64,000 bases of DNA, from NCBI GenBank assembly GCA_951406725.2, contig OX597833.1, positions 48,236,001 through 48,300,000 of the forward strand. The letters run 5' to 3'. Positions 13,710 through 25,717 of this stretch are shown here, piece by piece; within the stretch, counting starts at the first letter, position 1; each line of letters opens with the position of its first letter. This DNA is from Octopus vulgaris. Taxonomy: Eukaryota. Below the pieces are notes generated by a model. It made no database searches. It was not told the origin of the DNA and saw only the letters and a list, made by a program, of their open reading frames with translations. Both the position numbers and the translations under genes were made by a program.

Positions 13710-13875
13710 GATGGTTTGTTACCAACTTAATGTGGCAGTCCCAGGAAAGGGAAAAATGGTACCGCTATTTAGCTTGTGTCACATGGCCAGCTGGAAACGG
13801 TGTTTCCTGGGGCTAAATAGCAGTAGCATTTTTCTCCTTCCTGGGACTGCCACGTTCAGTTGGCAACAAACCATC
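13710..13875. repeat. Palindromic MITE-like element (~64-bp arms)
   Basis: GATGGTTTGTTACCAAC..GCTATTTAGC is inverted against GCTAAATAGC..GTTGGCAACAAACCATC. Confidence 0.7.
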
Positions 13876-14407
13876 AAATTTAAATATATTTGAAACATTT
13901 TACAATTTAGTAGATTGCATGTAAGCATCCACCCCACCACCACTCCACCCACATAAGTAAGTAACAGGCTTGGTTGTGGGGTTAAGGAGTTTGCTTCCCA
14001 ACCACATGGTTTTGGGTTCAATCCCACTGCCTAACATTGTGAGCGAATATCTTCTATGATAGCCCAAAGCTGATCAAAGCTTTGTGAATATTTGGTATAT
14101 GGAAATTGAGATATGCTCGTCATATACACACGCACCATTGTGTCACTACATCAACAAGACTACTGGGTGTTGTTATACACTGCTGGTCACAGTGCACTTT
14201 GAATGATGCCATCCTGCTAGCTAGGGAGACAGGCCAGGATTCCCTCTGAATGGGAAATCAGTCTGTTGCAGGGGTCTTCGTTTACAGCTGAGTGAACTGG
14301 AGTAATATGAAATAAAGAGTTTTGCTCAAGGACACATATGCACCACCAGTCTGGGAACTGAAACCACAATCCTGTGATCATGAGTGGAGTCCACACACAC
14401 ACACACA

Positions 14408-14830
14408 CATGTATGTATGAATGTATGTATGTATGTATGTATGTATGTATGTATATGTATGTATGTGTGTGTGTGTATGCATGCATGCATGTATGCATGC
14501 ATGCATGTATGTATGTATGTATGTGGATATGTATGTATGTATGTATGCATGTATGCATGTATGCATGCATGTATGCTTGTATGCATGTATGCATGTATGC
14601 ATGCATGTATGTATGCATGTATGTACGCATGTATGTACGCATGTATGTACGTATGTATGTACGTACGTATGTATGTATGTACGTATGCATGTATGTATGC
14701 ATGTATGTATGCACGTATGTATGCATGTGTGTATGTATGTATGTATGTACATACGTACATATGTATGCATGTATGTATGTATGTATGTATGTATGTATGT
14801 ATGTATGCATGTACGTATGTGTATGTATAT
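14408..14830. repeat. (TATG/CATG/TACG)n compound microsatellite
   Basis: Seen directly. Confidence 0.95.
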
Positions 14831-15277
14831 GTTGTGCTGCCATGTGATAATTGTAAATGAGCGTCCCAATCATGCTAGAAGTATCATTTATTTCCCATAG
14901 TTTGTGAAAACATGTCTGACTATGGGGAAATATTACCTTGCTCAAAAACAAGTTTGGATTGGTGTCAAGAATATGTATACCCATCAAGCCAAGCAAAATC
15001 GCAGTTGTGGCAGATATTGGTGGCATGTAAAAGCACCCACTACACTCTCAGTGGTTGGCATTAGGAAGGGCATCCAGCTGTAGAAACTCTGCAAGATCAG
15101 ACTGGAGCAGCCTTCCAGTGTGCCAGCCAGCCCAGTCAAATCGTCCAACGCATGCCAGCATGGACAATGGACATTAAAGGATGATGATGCTGATTATATA
15201 TATATATAAAAGAATTTTTTGCATAATGAGATAAAAAAACCAAGGCTGTATAGATATTAGAGCATTTATAGATAGAA

Positions 15278-15332
15278 GGTCTTACAGCTGTTTCTAGGAT
15301 ATTTGTTAATTATATCCCTTCATCAGAGACGG
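15278..15332 (-). ncRNA. Minimal type-I hammerhead ribozyme with intact core
   Basis: Minus strand reads GTCT-CTGATGA-agGGATAT(aattaacaa)ATATCCta-GAAA-CAGCTG-TA-AGAC: stem I GTCT/AGAC, stem II, palindromic stem III ACAGCTGT, GUA cleavage site. Confidence 0.8.
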
Positions 15333-15684
15333 TGTGAAAGGAAAAAATAAGTCATAGTTAGTTTCGACATGATACAAATAGAGAGTGACGTGGAGGAACG
15401 TTATATATATATATATATATATATAACTCGTTTCTACTGGAGCAATGCGAAATAAAGTGTCTTGCTCAAGAACACACCACTCAACCTGCTCTGGAAATGA
15501 AACTCACAACATCGTGATTGTAAGCCTGACACTCTAAGTAACTGAGCCATGCACCTTCACACACACACACACACACAAACGTGTGTGCGTGTATATGTGT
15601 TTGTCTTCCACACCACTTAACAACTGGTGTTGGTTAGTTTACACCCCCAATAACTTTGAATAAGTACCAGATACCAAATATTAA

Positions 15685-15905
15685 CCCTTTAGCATTTAAA
15701 CCGGCCATATCCGGCCAAAAGTATTCTGCCTGTTTTATGGTGAAACTGGCCAGATCTGACATCTCACACCGACTCTACTATGTCATTTTAAAAATTAACA
15801 GCTTCCTCATCAAAATCTCATAGCTACAAAATAATGAATGATTAGTTCAAAACAATGTGGATGAAAAAGCATTAATTTTGGTAGAATAATGTGAACACTA
15901 AAGGG
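15685..15905. mobile_element. piggyBac-like MITE
   Basis: TTAA|CCCTTTAG ... CTAAAGGG|TTAA. Confidence 0.8.
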
Positions 15906-16012
15906 TTAAGTACAGGGGTTGATTTATTTGACGAAACTTATCAAGGCAGTGCTCCAGCATGGCCACAGACCAGCGACTGAAACAAGTAAGATATAAAAGA
16001 TAAAAAAGATAC

Positions 16013-16149
16013 CTAGATCTCGTTGATGAAAATGCCAGGTCATCACCGTTACGATGAGACCTTGTTAACGTGAGTTTCACTTTCTTAGAAGATGTCATAA
16101 GAGATATGATTTGCTTCTCCGTCAGTAAACTAACATCAATACCATCAAT
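16013..16149 (-). CDS. Same gene, end of PDZ2
   Basis: ttcacag acceptor, AG/GTATCT donor, phase 0 to 2. Translates IDGIDVSLLTEKQIISLMTSSKKVKLTLTRSHRNGDDLAFSSTRS. Confidence 0.88.
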
Positions 16150-16936
16150 CTGTGAATGAAATAAAAAGGAAATTGATAAAATAAAGCATTGATAACATAG
16201 AGCATTGTTCTAGCAATAAATAAAGAATACTTAATAAGGCAACATATATAGGTGTAGGAGTGGCTGTGTGGTAAGTAGCTTGCTTACCAACCACATGGTT
16301 CCAGGTTCAGTCCCACGGCGTGGCACCTTGGGCAAGTGTCTTCTACTATAGCCTCGGGCCGACCAAAGCCTTGTGAGTGGATTTGGTATGTGGAAACTGA
16401 AAGAAGCCTGTCGTATATATGTATATATATATGTGTGTGTGTGTATGTATATGTTTGTGTGTCTGTGTTTGTCCCTCCAAAATTGCTTGACAACTGATGC
16501 TGGTGTGCTTACATCCCCATAACTTAGCAGTTCGGCATAAAGAGACCGATAGAATAAGTACTAGGCTTACAAAGAATAAGTCCTGGAGTTGATTTGCTTG
16601 ACTAAAGGCGGTGCTCCAGCATGGCCACAGTCAAATGACTGAAACAAGTAAAAGAGTAAAAGAGTAAGGCCTGTGGCATCAATATTAGTAACTGGGAAGC
16701 AGTTGCCAGCAACCATGGAGATTGGCGACGTACCAATGAAGAGGGAACACAAAGGAGTGACAGAGGGAGAGAGGAGAAATGGAAAGACAAGAAAAGACGT
16801 CAACAAGAAACTATGACATTGCAACCAGCCAGGCAAAGTTTTCGCTACATTTGCGGCACCTGCCAGAGGGAGTGTTTGTCCAGGATAGGACTACATAGCA
16901 ACAGCAGGAGAGTTATTAGGACATGAAATGTATTGA

Positions 16937-17338
16937 AGGTGGTGAGCTGGCAGAAACGTTAGCAAACCGGGCGAAATGCTGAGCAATATTTCTGAGTTCA
17001 AATTCTGCCGAGGTCGACTTTGCCTTTCATCCTTTCGGGGTCGATTAAATAAGTACCAGTTACGCACTGGAGTTGATATAATCGACTTAATCCGTTTGTC
17101 TGTCCTTGTTTGTCCTCTCTGTGTTTAGCCCCTTGTGGGTAGTAAAGAAATAGGTATTTCGTCTGTCGCTACGTTCTGAGTTCAAATTCCACCGAGGTCG
17201 ACTTTGCCTTTCGTCCTTTCGGGGTCGATTAAATAAGTACCAGTTACGCACTGGGGGTCGATATAATCGACTTAATCCATTTGTCTGTCCTTGTTTGTCC
17301 TCTCTGTGTTTAGCCCCTTGTGGGTAGTAAAGAAATAG
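16937..17338 (+). mobile_element. tRNA-derived SINE family B (tandem dimer here). Other copies at ~18730-18940, 21382-21610, 28230-28458, 47158-47742, 50810-51640 (-), 62025-62440, 62871-63047 (-)
   Basis: Head GGCGGCGAGCTGGCAGAAACGTTAGC..GAGTTCAAATTCC and central GCCTTTCATCCTTTCGGGGTCGATAAATTAAGTACCAG (resembles the Meta/Sauria SINE core, from memory). The copy at 18730 has TSD GATTTTAACTAACCTAAA. Confidence 0.88.
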
Positions 17339-17461
17339 AAATGTAAAAGCCAGACTAGATTATTTTTATGCGCAACTCTATTGTCTCCTGAGACAAAAAG
17401 GATGCCAATAACAACAATAACAACAACAACGACAATGAATATAGAACTGTATGAAACATAC

Positions 17462-17558
17462 CTTTAGAATATGGTCCCCGACATTCAAACCGGCACTGCT
17501 GGCTGGAGAATTAGCCATTACTTTTTTAACAATAACTTCATTTGCTGAGTATCCATCC
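17462..17558 (-). CDS. Same gene, PDZ2 middle exon
   Basis: tttaatag acceptor, AAG/GTATGT donor, phase 2 to 0. Translates DGYSANEVIVKKVMANSPASSAGLNVGDHILK. Confidence 0.92.
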
Positions 17559-17761
17559 CTATTAAAGAATAAAAAGTCAAGATGGAGAGAGAAATTTTTA
17601 AGAGGGTTATTCGTGGACCGAAGGAATATGCAATGTGAAATAAATTTAAAGGGATTTGTTGTGTTAGGCTGGAACAATGTAAGAATGTACAAAGTAAATT
17701 ACTAAAAAGAAAAGGAGAAAACAAAAAAAACAAAACAATGTTGCAAGTTTACCTTGTATTC

Positions 17762-17800
17762 TTTATATTTCAGGGTTAGGGCCCCTTCATCAGGGCATTT
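17762..17800 (-). ncRNA. Hammerhead core in the 3' pseudo-LTR of the Penelope relic
   Basis: atgcc-CTGATGA-AGGG(gccctaa)CCCT-GAAA-ta-TA; the stem I partner is degenerate. Confidence 0.6.
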
Positions 17801-17839
17801 GAAAAAAGGGGCAGTTGGAAAAAATCGTTACTCAGATGT

Positions 17840-18160
17840 ATGGGGGAGCAAGGAGTAAGGGGGAGGGAGAAGTAAGGGAAAGGGAGGAGGAGTAAGGGAG
17901 AGGGAAGAGTAAGGTGAGGAGGGGTAAGGGGGAGGGAGTAGTAAGGGAAAGGGAGTAGTAAGGGTGAGGGGGAGTAAGGGTGATGGGGAGAGTAAGGGAA
18001 AGGGAAGAGTAAGGTAGAGGGAAGATAAGGTGAGGGGGGTAAGGGGAGGGAGGAGTAAGGGGGAGGGAGGAGTAAGGGAAAGGGAGTAGTAAGGGAAAGG
18101 GAAGAGTAAGGGAAGGAGGAGTAAGGGGGAGGGAGGAGTAAGGGGGGAATGAAGAAGAAG
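17840..18160. repeat. G-rich (GGAGTAAGGG)n-like low-complexity tandem repeat
   Basis: Seen directly. Confidence 0.85.
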
Positions 18161-18199
18161 GTGACATGCGCAGACTGGTGTTGTTATGGCAACTAGTCT

Positions 18200-18456
18200 G
18201 CTTCTTTTAGTTCCTTCATATTGTTAATTGCAGGTTTCAATTTGTTTATAAGGAAGGCCTCCATGGTTCTGAGATTTCCCCTGTTGCATTGGGTGACCCT
18301 GATGGAAACCTAAAAATTCTGAGTTTGACACTTCTTTAAGTGTTTGTTTATTTAAGTGTCCATGTGCAGATGTTCTTTTATACATATGTGCAATTTCCTG
18401 CTGGTAATCCTTATGTAGGATGCCCCATCTTTAATACAGATTATTTTGTATACTAA
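18200..18456 (-). pseudogene. Penelope-like element GIY-YIG endonuclease relic
   Basis: One frame reads LVYKIICIKDGASYIRITSRKLHICIKEHL..*..GNLRTMEAFLINKLKPAIN, i.e. the VY..C..YIG.T.R.L..R..EH and E...I....P.lN motifs, with two stops. Confidence 0.85.
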
Positions 18457-18494
18457 TGGAGGCACATGGCCTAGTGGTTAGAGCAGCAGACTCG

Positions 18495-19214
18495 CTAGAT
18501 CTGCACTGCACACACATCGAAAATGGCAAATTCATTATCAATATTAACCTTACCCATTAACTTAATCACAAATCTTAATGGAAAATTTTTATTATACCCT
18601 TGGCTGAAACGAAGTAACAGCATGCGTCTGTGAAATTCTGTTTTCTGCTGGGGAAAACAGCAACTGGAACAGTTGTTGTACTTTGTTATACAACTACCAC
18701 CATTCGCCAATGATTTTAACTAACCTAAACGCAGCGAGCTGGCAGAAGCGTTAGAACACCAGGCGAAATACTTAGCGGTATTTTGCCTGTCACTACGTTC
18801 TGAGTTCAAATTCCACCGAGGTCGACTTTGCCTTTCATCCTTTCGGGGTCGATAAATTAAGTACCAGTGAAACACTGGGGTCGATGTAATCGACTAGTCC
18901 CCTCCCATAAAATTTCAGGTCTTGTGCCTAAAGTAGAAAGATTTTAACTAACCTAAAGTTTGCTTATGCCTAAACACTGCTTGGTGCTGATACTGCTGTA
19001 CACACATATATTTAAAAGTAATAATAACGATCTGATTGTATACAGTGCTCAGATATACTACAAATCATCAGAAGAAGTAACCAAAACTGCATGATCAGTG
19101 CATAGAACATGCACAGCAAGGGAATTGTGTATAAGATTTGTGATTAAATTAATGAGCGAGGCTAATATTTATAATGAATTTGCCATTTTTGATGGGTATG
19201 CAGCACACACCTAG
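18495..19214. mobile_element. Non-autonomous DNA element with ~83-bp imperfect TIRs and a nested SINE B
   Basis: CTAG..AAATGGCAAATTCATTAT..TTAATCACAAATCTTA is inverted at 19131-19214. Confidence 0.7.
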
Positions 19215-19260
19215 CACACCTGGAATATACGCTCCTGATATGTGTATATATATATACACA

Positions 19261-19624
19261 CTAGCACTATGGCCTGGCGTTGCCGGATCATAGTACTAGT
19301 GCATGCATATACAGCTGCGTGCGTGCACATATACACGCGAGTACTGTCCAAATCTCCGACCAATCACATACAGCTAGCTGGCATTCAATTAGCGTATTCA
19401 GCTTCGGGCATTTTGATTGGGTTTTGGATAGAAAATTCACCAAAATGTCATTTCTATTAATTTTTTAATGGCTTTGCAGGGTGACTGGGGAAATGTAAAG
19501 ATGTGCACGACCACCCTTGGACGGTTTGGAATGACCATAGAAAGTGCGAGCCCTCTAACTGAAAAATTGTCGATTTGTTTAAAGGACACACACACAGACA
19601 TTTTGCCGTTTATATATATAGAGA
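19261..19624 (-). mobile_element. Non-autonomous Helitron
   Basis: On the minus strand: 5' TC, 3' CTAG, subterminal GC-rich hairpin (CCGGCAACGCCAGG), A|T target. Confidence 0.7.
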
Positions 19625-19666
19625 TGTACAAATCCACAATTTAGAAGAATTTTAAGAGCAGCTTAC

Positions 19667-19772
19667 CTGGTAATGACACAGCCGATACGACCTTGTGGTG
19701 ACGGGTAAATAATGGCATTTTCTTCCCTGTAGTCATGAATTAGTGATTGGTTTGATACCTCTCTCAGACTCC
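19667..19772 (-). CDS. Same gene, linker and start of PDZ2
   Basis: ttgcag acceptor (weak pyrimidine tract), AG/GTAAGC donor, phase 1 to 2. Translates (W)SLREVSNQSLIHDYREENAIIYPSPQGRIGCVIT(R); GRIGC is the carboxylate-binding loop. Confidence 0.8.
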
Positions 19773-20752
19773 CTGCAACTAATTTATTACTATTGATTAG
19801 ATTCAGAAGTGATATAGTGTGAAGGGGAAAGAGAAGGTTTTGAAGGGAGAATGGAAGGAAGGGTGTTAACAGACTGTTGTAAAAGTTGAGACAAAATACG
19901 ACAAAGCTAGAAAAGAAATATATCAACCACTTACTCTTTTACTTGTTTCAGTCATTTGACTGCAGCCATGCTGGAGCACCGCCTTTAGTCGAGCAAATTG
20001 ACGCCGGGACTTATTCTTTGTAAGCCCAGTACTTATTCTATCGGTCTCTTTTGCCGAACTGCTAAGTGACGGGGACGTAAACACACCAGCATCGGTTGTC
20101 AAGCAATGCTAGGGGGACAAACACAGACACACAACACATACACACATACATATATACATACATATATACGACGGGCTTCTTTCAGTTTCCGTCTACCAAA
20201 TCCACTCACAAGGCTTTGGTCGGCCCGGAGCTATAGCAGAAGACACTTGCCCAAGATGCCACGCAGTGGGACTGAACCCGGAACCATGTGGTTGGTAAGC
20301 AAGCTACTTACCACACAGCCACTCCTGCGCCTATTGATATTTTTTAATCTTTTAAAAATACTTTTAGATTTGGATGGGATTTGTGTTTTCTTTTCTTTTT
20401 ATGCAAATTGTTAAATGTAACCCAAACTCTCTGTACACACACACAGACACGAAAACACACACACACGCATATATATAATATGTAACAGACATTACATCTC
20501 CAGTTGATGTCGTACCTTGTCCAAGCATACAATAAGTCACTTGAAGGTGAATTTGAAATGACCTTATTATCTTTACTATTTTGCCATCAGGCATAGGAGT
20601 GGCTGTGTGGTAAGTAGCTTGCTTACGAACCACATGGTTCCGAGTTCATTCCCACTGCGTGGCACCTTGGGTAAGTGTCTTCTACTATAGCCTCGGGCCG
20701 ACCAAAGCCTTGTGAGTGGATTTGATAGACGGAAACTGAAAGAAGCCCGTTG

Positions 20753-20800
<48 letters not shown>

Positions 20801-21161
20801 TGTGTGTTTGTGTGTCTGTGTTTGTCCCCCCAACATCGCTTGACAACCGATGCTGGTGTGTTTACGTCCCCGTAACTTAGCGGTTCGGCAAAAGATAACC
20901 GATAGAATAAGTACTAGGCTTACAAAGAATAAGTCCTGGGGTCGATTTGCTCGACTAAAGGCGGTGCTCCAGCATGGCCACAGTCACATGACTGAAACAA
21001 GTAGGAGAGAGTATCAGAACTCTGAAGAAGGAAAATGGTTATGACATAACACTAATAACTTTACCACTGAGAGCTAACAACATTCTCCTTATTTTCTTGA
21101 CACAAAGATTCAGAAATTCTGTTAAAACATTAAATGAATGATGAACCTCCTGAATACTTAC

Positions 21162-21285
21162 ATGAAGAATCAACCAAAATATTCATCTCAGTTGCCAGAA
21201 GCATGATTTTCACTGCAGCTTCATGTGTAATATACCTAAAATCATGTCCATTCACCTCTAAAATGTGATCTCCTCGTCGCAATCC
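21162..21285 (-). CDS. Same gene, exon completing PDZ1 (not in the ORF track)
   Basis: tttcaatag acceptor, GTAAGT donor, phase 0 to 1. Translates GLRRGDHILEVNGHDFRYITHEAAVKIMLLATEMNILVDSS, the canonical second half of a PDZ domain, continuing ADMQ. Confidence 0.92.
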
Positions 21286-22476
21286 CTATTGAAATAAATA
21301 CAGCAAAAATATTAAAGAAATGTTAAAGTGAAAGTGCTACTGTAGTGTTGCAATATATATGAGGCTGAAATATATATATGAGGCGGCGAGCTGGCAGAAA
21401 CGTTAGCGCGCCAGGCGAAATGCTTAGCTGTATTTCGTCTGTCGTTACGTTCTGAGTTCAAATTCCGCCAGGGTCGACTTTGCTTTTCATCCTCTCGGGG
21501 TCGATAAATAAAGTACCAGTTTCGCACTGGGTCGATATAATCGACTTAATCCGTTTGTCTGTCATTGTTTGTCCCCTCTATGTTTAGCCCCTTGTGGGCA
21601 ATAAAGAAATATATATGAGGCTGAAAAGAAAGTCCTGTTGAATTTTTGATGTGATCATTTTCAGGATACTTTTTCGGTACTTAAATATTAATTTTTATAT
21701 TCTAATGGCTTGTTGTTCCTTTGCAGATTATCTTATACTATGGTGGTTAAATTTGTATCATCATCATCATCATCATCATCATCGTTTAACGTCCACTTTC
21801 CATGCTAACATGAGTTGGATGATTTGACTGAGGGCCGGCAAGCCAGATGGCTGCACCTGGCTTCAATCTTGATCTGGCAGAGGTTCTACAGCTGGATGCC
21901 CTTCCTAACACCAGCCACTCTGAGAGGGTAGTGGGTGCTTTTTACGTGCCACCTGCACGGGGGCCAGTCAGGCGGTACTGGCAACGGCCGGCGAACCAGA
22001 TGGCTGCACCAGGCTTCAATCTTGATCTGGCAGAGTTTCTACAGCTGGATGCCCTTCCTAACGCCAACCACTCTGAGAGGGTAGTGGGTGCTTTTTACGT
22101 GCCACCTGCACGGGGGCCAGTCAGGCGGTACTGGCAACGGCCGGCGAACCAGATGGCTGCACCCGGCTTCAATCTTGATCTGGCAGAGTTTCTACAGCTG
22201 GATGCCCTTCCTAACGCCAACCACTCCGAGAGTGTAGTGGGTGCTTTTTACGTGCCACCTGCATGGGGGCAAGTCAGGCGGTACTGGCAACGACCTCACT
22301 CGAATCTTTTTACACATGCCACTGGCACAGGTGCCAGTCAGGCAATGCTGGTAATGATGATGCTCGAATGGTGCCTCTTACGTGCCACTGGCACGCAGAC
22401 CAGTTAGCTGCTCTGGCAACGATCACACTCAGATGGTGCTCTTAGCACCCTACTAGCACGGGGCTCCAATTTTAAA

Positions 22477-23585
22477 ATGAGCTTAGATCAGACCCATATC
22501 AGACACTGCGTGTTGTATGAATTCAAAAAGGACTCTTCAGCAAAGGAATCAACAAGAAATATTCATTCTAAGGAAATGAAGCTTTAAGTGTCTGGACACA
22601 CCATTGATGGTTTGGCTAGTTTTACTTGGGAAATTTTTCTCTTGTAGATTCCCCTGGATCTGAACAGGAGACAATGATCTCCTGGGGCTAAAAGCTACAG
22701 TAACACCCACCCTTTGTGGTTAGCCATATTGAGATGGCTATTATACTTTACATTGTCGAGCGGTTACTGTTTACATCTCGTTCAGAGATTTATTATTGCT
22801 TGCAGACAGTTTTTCGAAATCAGTGACGGAAGTTACTAGAAAAACACTTAAGTATTTGCATACAGGTCTTCCTTTTCATCGTAAACCGGTGATTACCGCC
22901 TGTTGACAAGAGGCAACTACCTCGAAACTGTGGTCCGTGCGTACCACTTAGGTTTACGAGAGAGGGATGACCTCCCTTTGCAAATACCATAAGGGCACAG
23001 ATAGTGTGCCTAAAGCCAGCTGGAGACGATGATCTCCTGGGGCTAAAAGCTACAGTAACACCCACCCTTTGTGGTTAGTCATATTGAGATGGCTAGTACA
23101 CTTTACATTATATCAATATTGAGTTTCTGCAAACCTTAGTCAAGGAAAATCCAAAGCATACTACACGAGAATCACACTTCAATCATAAGACATCACGAAC
23201 TAAAAGAAAATGCCTAAAATTGGTCAGTGTGTACCCTCATCTGATTGCTTCTCAGCTTAATTAAAGCATTTTCCTCGTCACCTGATTGTTTCTCAGCTTA
23301 ATCAAAGCATTACCTTCTGCTCATCATTAAAGAGTAGACTTGCTACTGAGCCTTTCCTGGGTACAATCATCACAAGTGATGAAAAGTGGGATCCCTATAA
23401 TCATATCCAATGAAAAATAATATGGTTAGCACCTATTAAAAAAGGAGAATCTATCCCCAAACCAGGACTACTCCCACCAAAAGCTATGCTCTGTGTTTGT
23501 TAAGATATAAAAGGTGTCATCTATAATGAAGTGTTAAGCCAAAATGAAACAGTTAAGGTGGGAAAATATTGTCATTAATTGGACG
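22477..23585 (+). pseudogene. Decayed mariner transposase interrupted by an insertion at ~22668-23109
   Basis: MSLDQTHIRHCVLYEFKKDSSAKESTRNI (Mos1-type HTH), IITSDEKW, KAMLCVC*DIKGVIYNEVL..ETV. Confidence 0.8.
22668..23109 (+). mobile_element. Retrozyme/Penelope-like insertion: 355-bp unit with ~85-bp terminal direct repeat and a decayed hammerhead
   Basis: GATCTCCTGGGGCTAAAAGC..CTTTACATT starts at both 22676 and 23031; hammerhead-like core at ~22897-22941. Confidence 0.6.
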
Positions 23586-25589
23586 ATTTGACTGAGGGCC
23601 GGCGAACCAGATGGCTGCACCAGGCTCCAATCTTGATCTAGCAGAGTTTCTACAGCTGGATGCCCTTCCTAATGCCAATCACTCTGAGAGTGTAGTGGGT
23701 GCTTTTACGTGCAACTAGCACAAGGGCTAGTCAGGCGGTATTGGCAACAGCCATGAAAAAATCATGTTTTTTTTTTACGAGAATTTATTGTTAATCACGA
23801 TATTTGTTTCGACACATCTAGCATTGATTCTTCATGGGTGGGACACTCAACGACTGGTTCAGGAGCATTCAGTGGTGCTGATGTATCTCGGTGGGAGATA
23901 AATAAATACAACTCATTAAAAATAACTCTTCTGCAATGTAACTTTCCATTTTATAGAGAGAAAAGCAGCCAGATGGAGGAGTTATCTTCATTTATATAGC
24001 AGATCAAAAATAAAATCACAGATGGCAAAAGGAGAAACGAACATGCAATCCAGCGAGAAAAGTATTAAATATAACCATTAACAGATATGGATGCATTAAC
24101 ACCCTCGCACAAGCTGCATGGCGCGACTACAACGCTCTTACAAGCATCCACAAAAATGTGAGCATATGCACATGTGAGGGTTGGTGCACTCATGATCACA
24201 AAGCAAGTTAGTTATTTACTTGGTGTTTGTAAGAATGGGGAGATTAAAAGTAAACTTAAGCCATCCATGCCTTAAAGTAAATTAAGTTAACGGTTACTCA
24301 AAATTCATTCTCACTACATTGTGCAAAAGTACATATATATGTGTTTGGGCATAAATTAGTCCATAGTAAGGTATGCGAAACCATACGATATAATTTCCAG
24401 GAGATGCTGTCTCTGCTCCAAGGAATCCCTGTCTATTCTGTGGACTAATAAGATGATAATTAATAGAATTTTTGAAGGATTTTAGATGAACAAATCACCC
24501 TCAGGACTTATCTTTTAAGCCTAGTACTTACTCTATCAGTCTTTTTGCTGAACTGCTAAGTTACAGAAATTTCAACACACCATCACCGGTTGTCAAATAG
24601 TCATGGGGTGACAAACATAGACACAAAGACACACACACGCATACACACACACACACATACACACACGATGGGCTTCTTTCAGTTTCCATCTACAAATTTA
24701 CTCACAAAACTTCAGTCAGCCTGAGGCTATAGTAGAAGACATTTGCCCAAGGTGCCCAGAACCATGTTGGGAAGCAAGCTTCTTACCACACAGCCATGTC
24801 TGCACTTATCATCATCATCGTCGTTTATCGTCCTTTTTCTATGCTAGAATGGGTTGGATGGTTTGACCAGGCCCTGGGAAGCCAGGAGGCTGCACCAGTC
24901 TCCAGTCTGATCTGGGAGTGTTTCTACAGCTCGATGCCCTTCCTAATGCCAACCATTCCTTGAGTGTAGTGGGTGCTTTTTACATGATACTGGCACAGGG
25001 GCCAGAGGAGGCTGGCAACGTCCACAATCGGTTGGTGCTTTTTAAGTGCCACCAGCACGGACACCAGTCAAGGCGGCACTAGCATCGGCCATGTTTAGAT
25101 GGTGTTTTTTACGTGCCACGGGCATGGGTATCACAAATACAATTCCCATTTGATTTTTATTTTGATGTTGATGTTCTTGACCCAATAGGTCTCCTCAAGC
25201 ACAGCAGGTCACCCTACGATCAAAGGTAAGCACAGCAGGCCATCTTGCAGTGCCACTGGCATGGGTATCACAACTACAATTTCCATTTGATTTGATTATA
25301 TATCCAATGTGTGTGTGTGTGTGTGCGTGTGTGTGTATGTATGTTACTGTTTCAGTGTTTTAACATCATCACATCCTTATAAATGAGTCTCACTGTAATA
25401 CAGTCGGTGTCCTTTCTTTCCAATGTTCGTTGAAAACATTTTCTGGACATGGAGGGAGAGGGAAATATGTTACTTGGGGGTGAAAACTGGCAAAAGGAAG
25501 AATGTCCAGCCATAAAAAAAAAAAAAAAAAATCTGTCTCAACAAATACCACCTGACCCATGCAAACATGGGGAAATAGTTGCTAAAATG

Positions 25590-25632
25590 GCGATGATGAT
25601 GATGATGGTGGTGGTGGTGATGGTGGTGGTGA

Positions 25633-25666
<34 letters not shown>

Positions 25667-25683
25667 GGTGATGATGATGATGG

Positions 25684-25717
<34 letters not shown>
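25590..25717. repeat. (GAT/GGT)n trinucleotide repeat
   Basis: Seen directly. Confidence 0.9.

Noticed and set aside
20516-20539. Possible 24-nt frame-preserving micro-exon between PDZ1 and PDZ2 (AAG acceptor, AAG/GTACGA donor)
   Set aside because: Weak splice sites, not needed for the reading frame, and no homology support; would need RNA-seq.
21847-22407. 186-aa ORF with internal repeats
   Set aside because: It arises from a tandemly duplicated SINE C segment.
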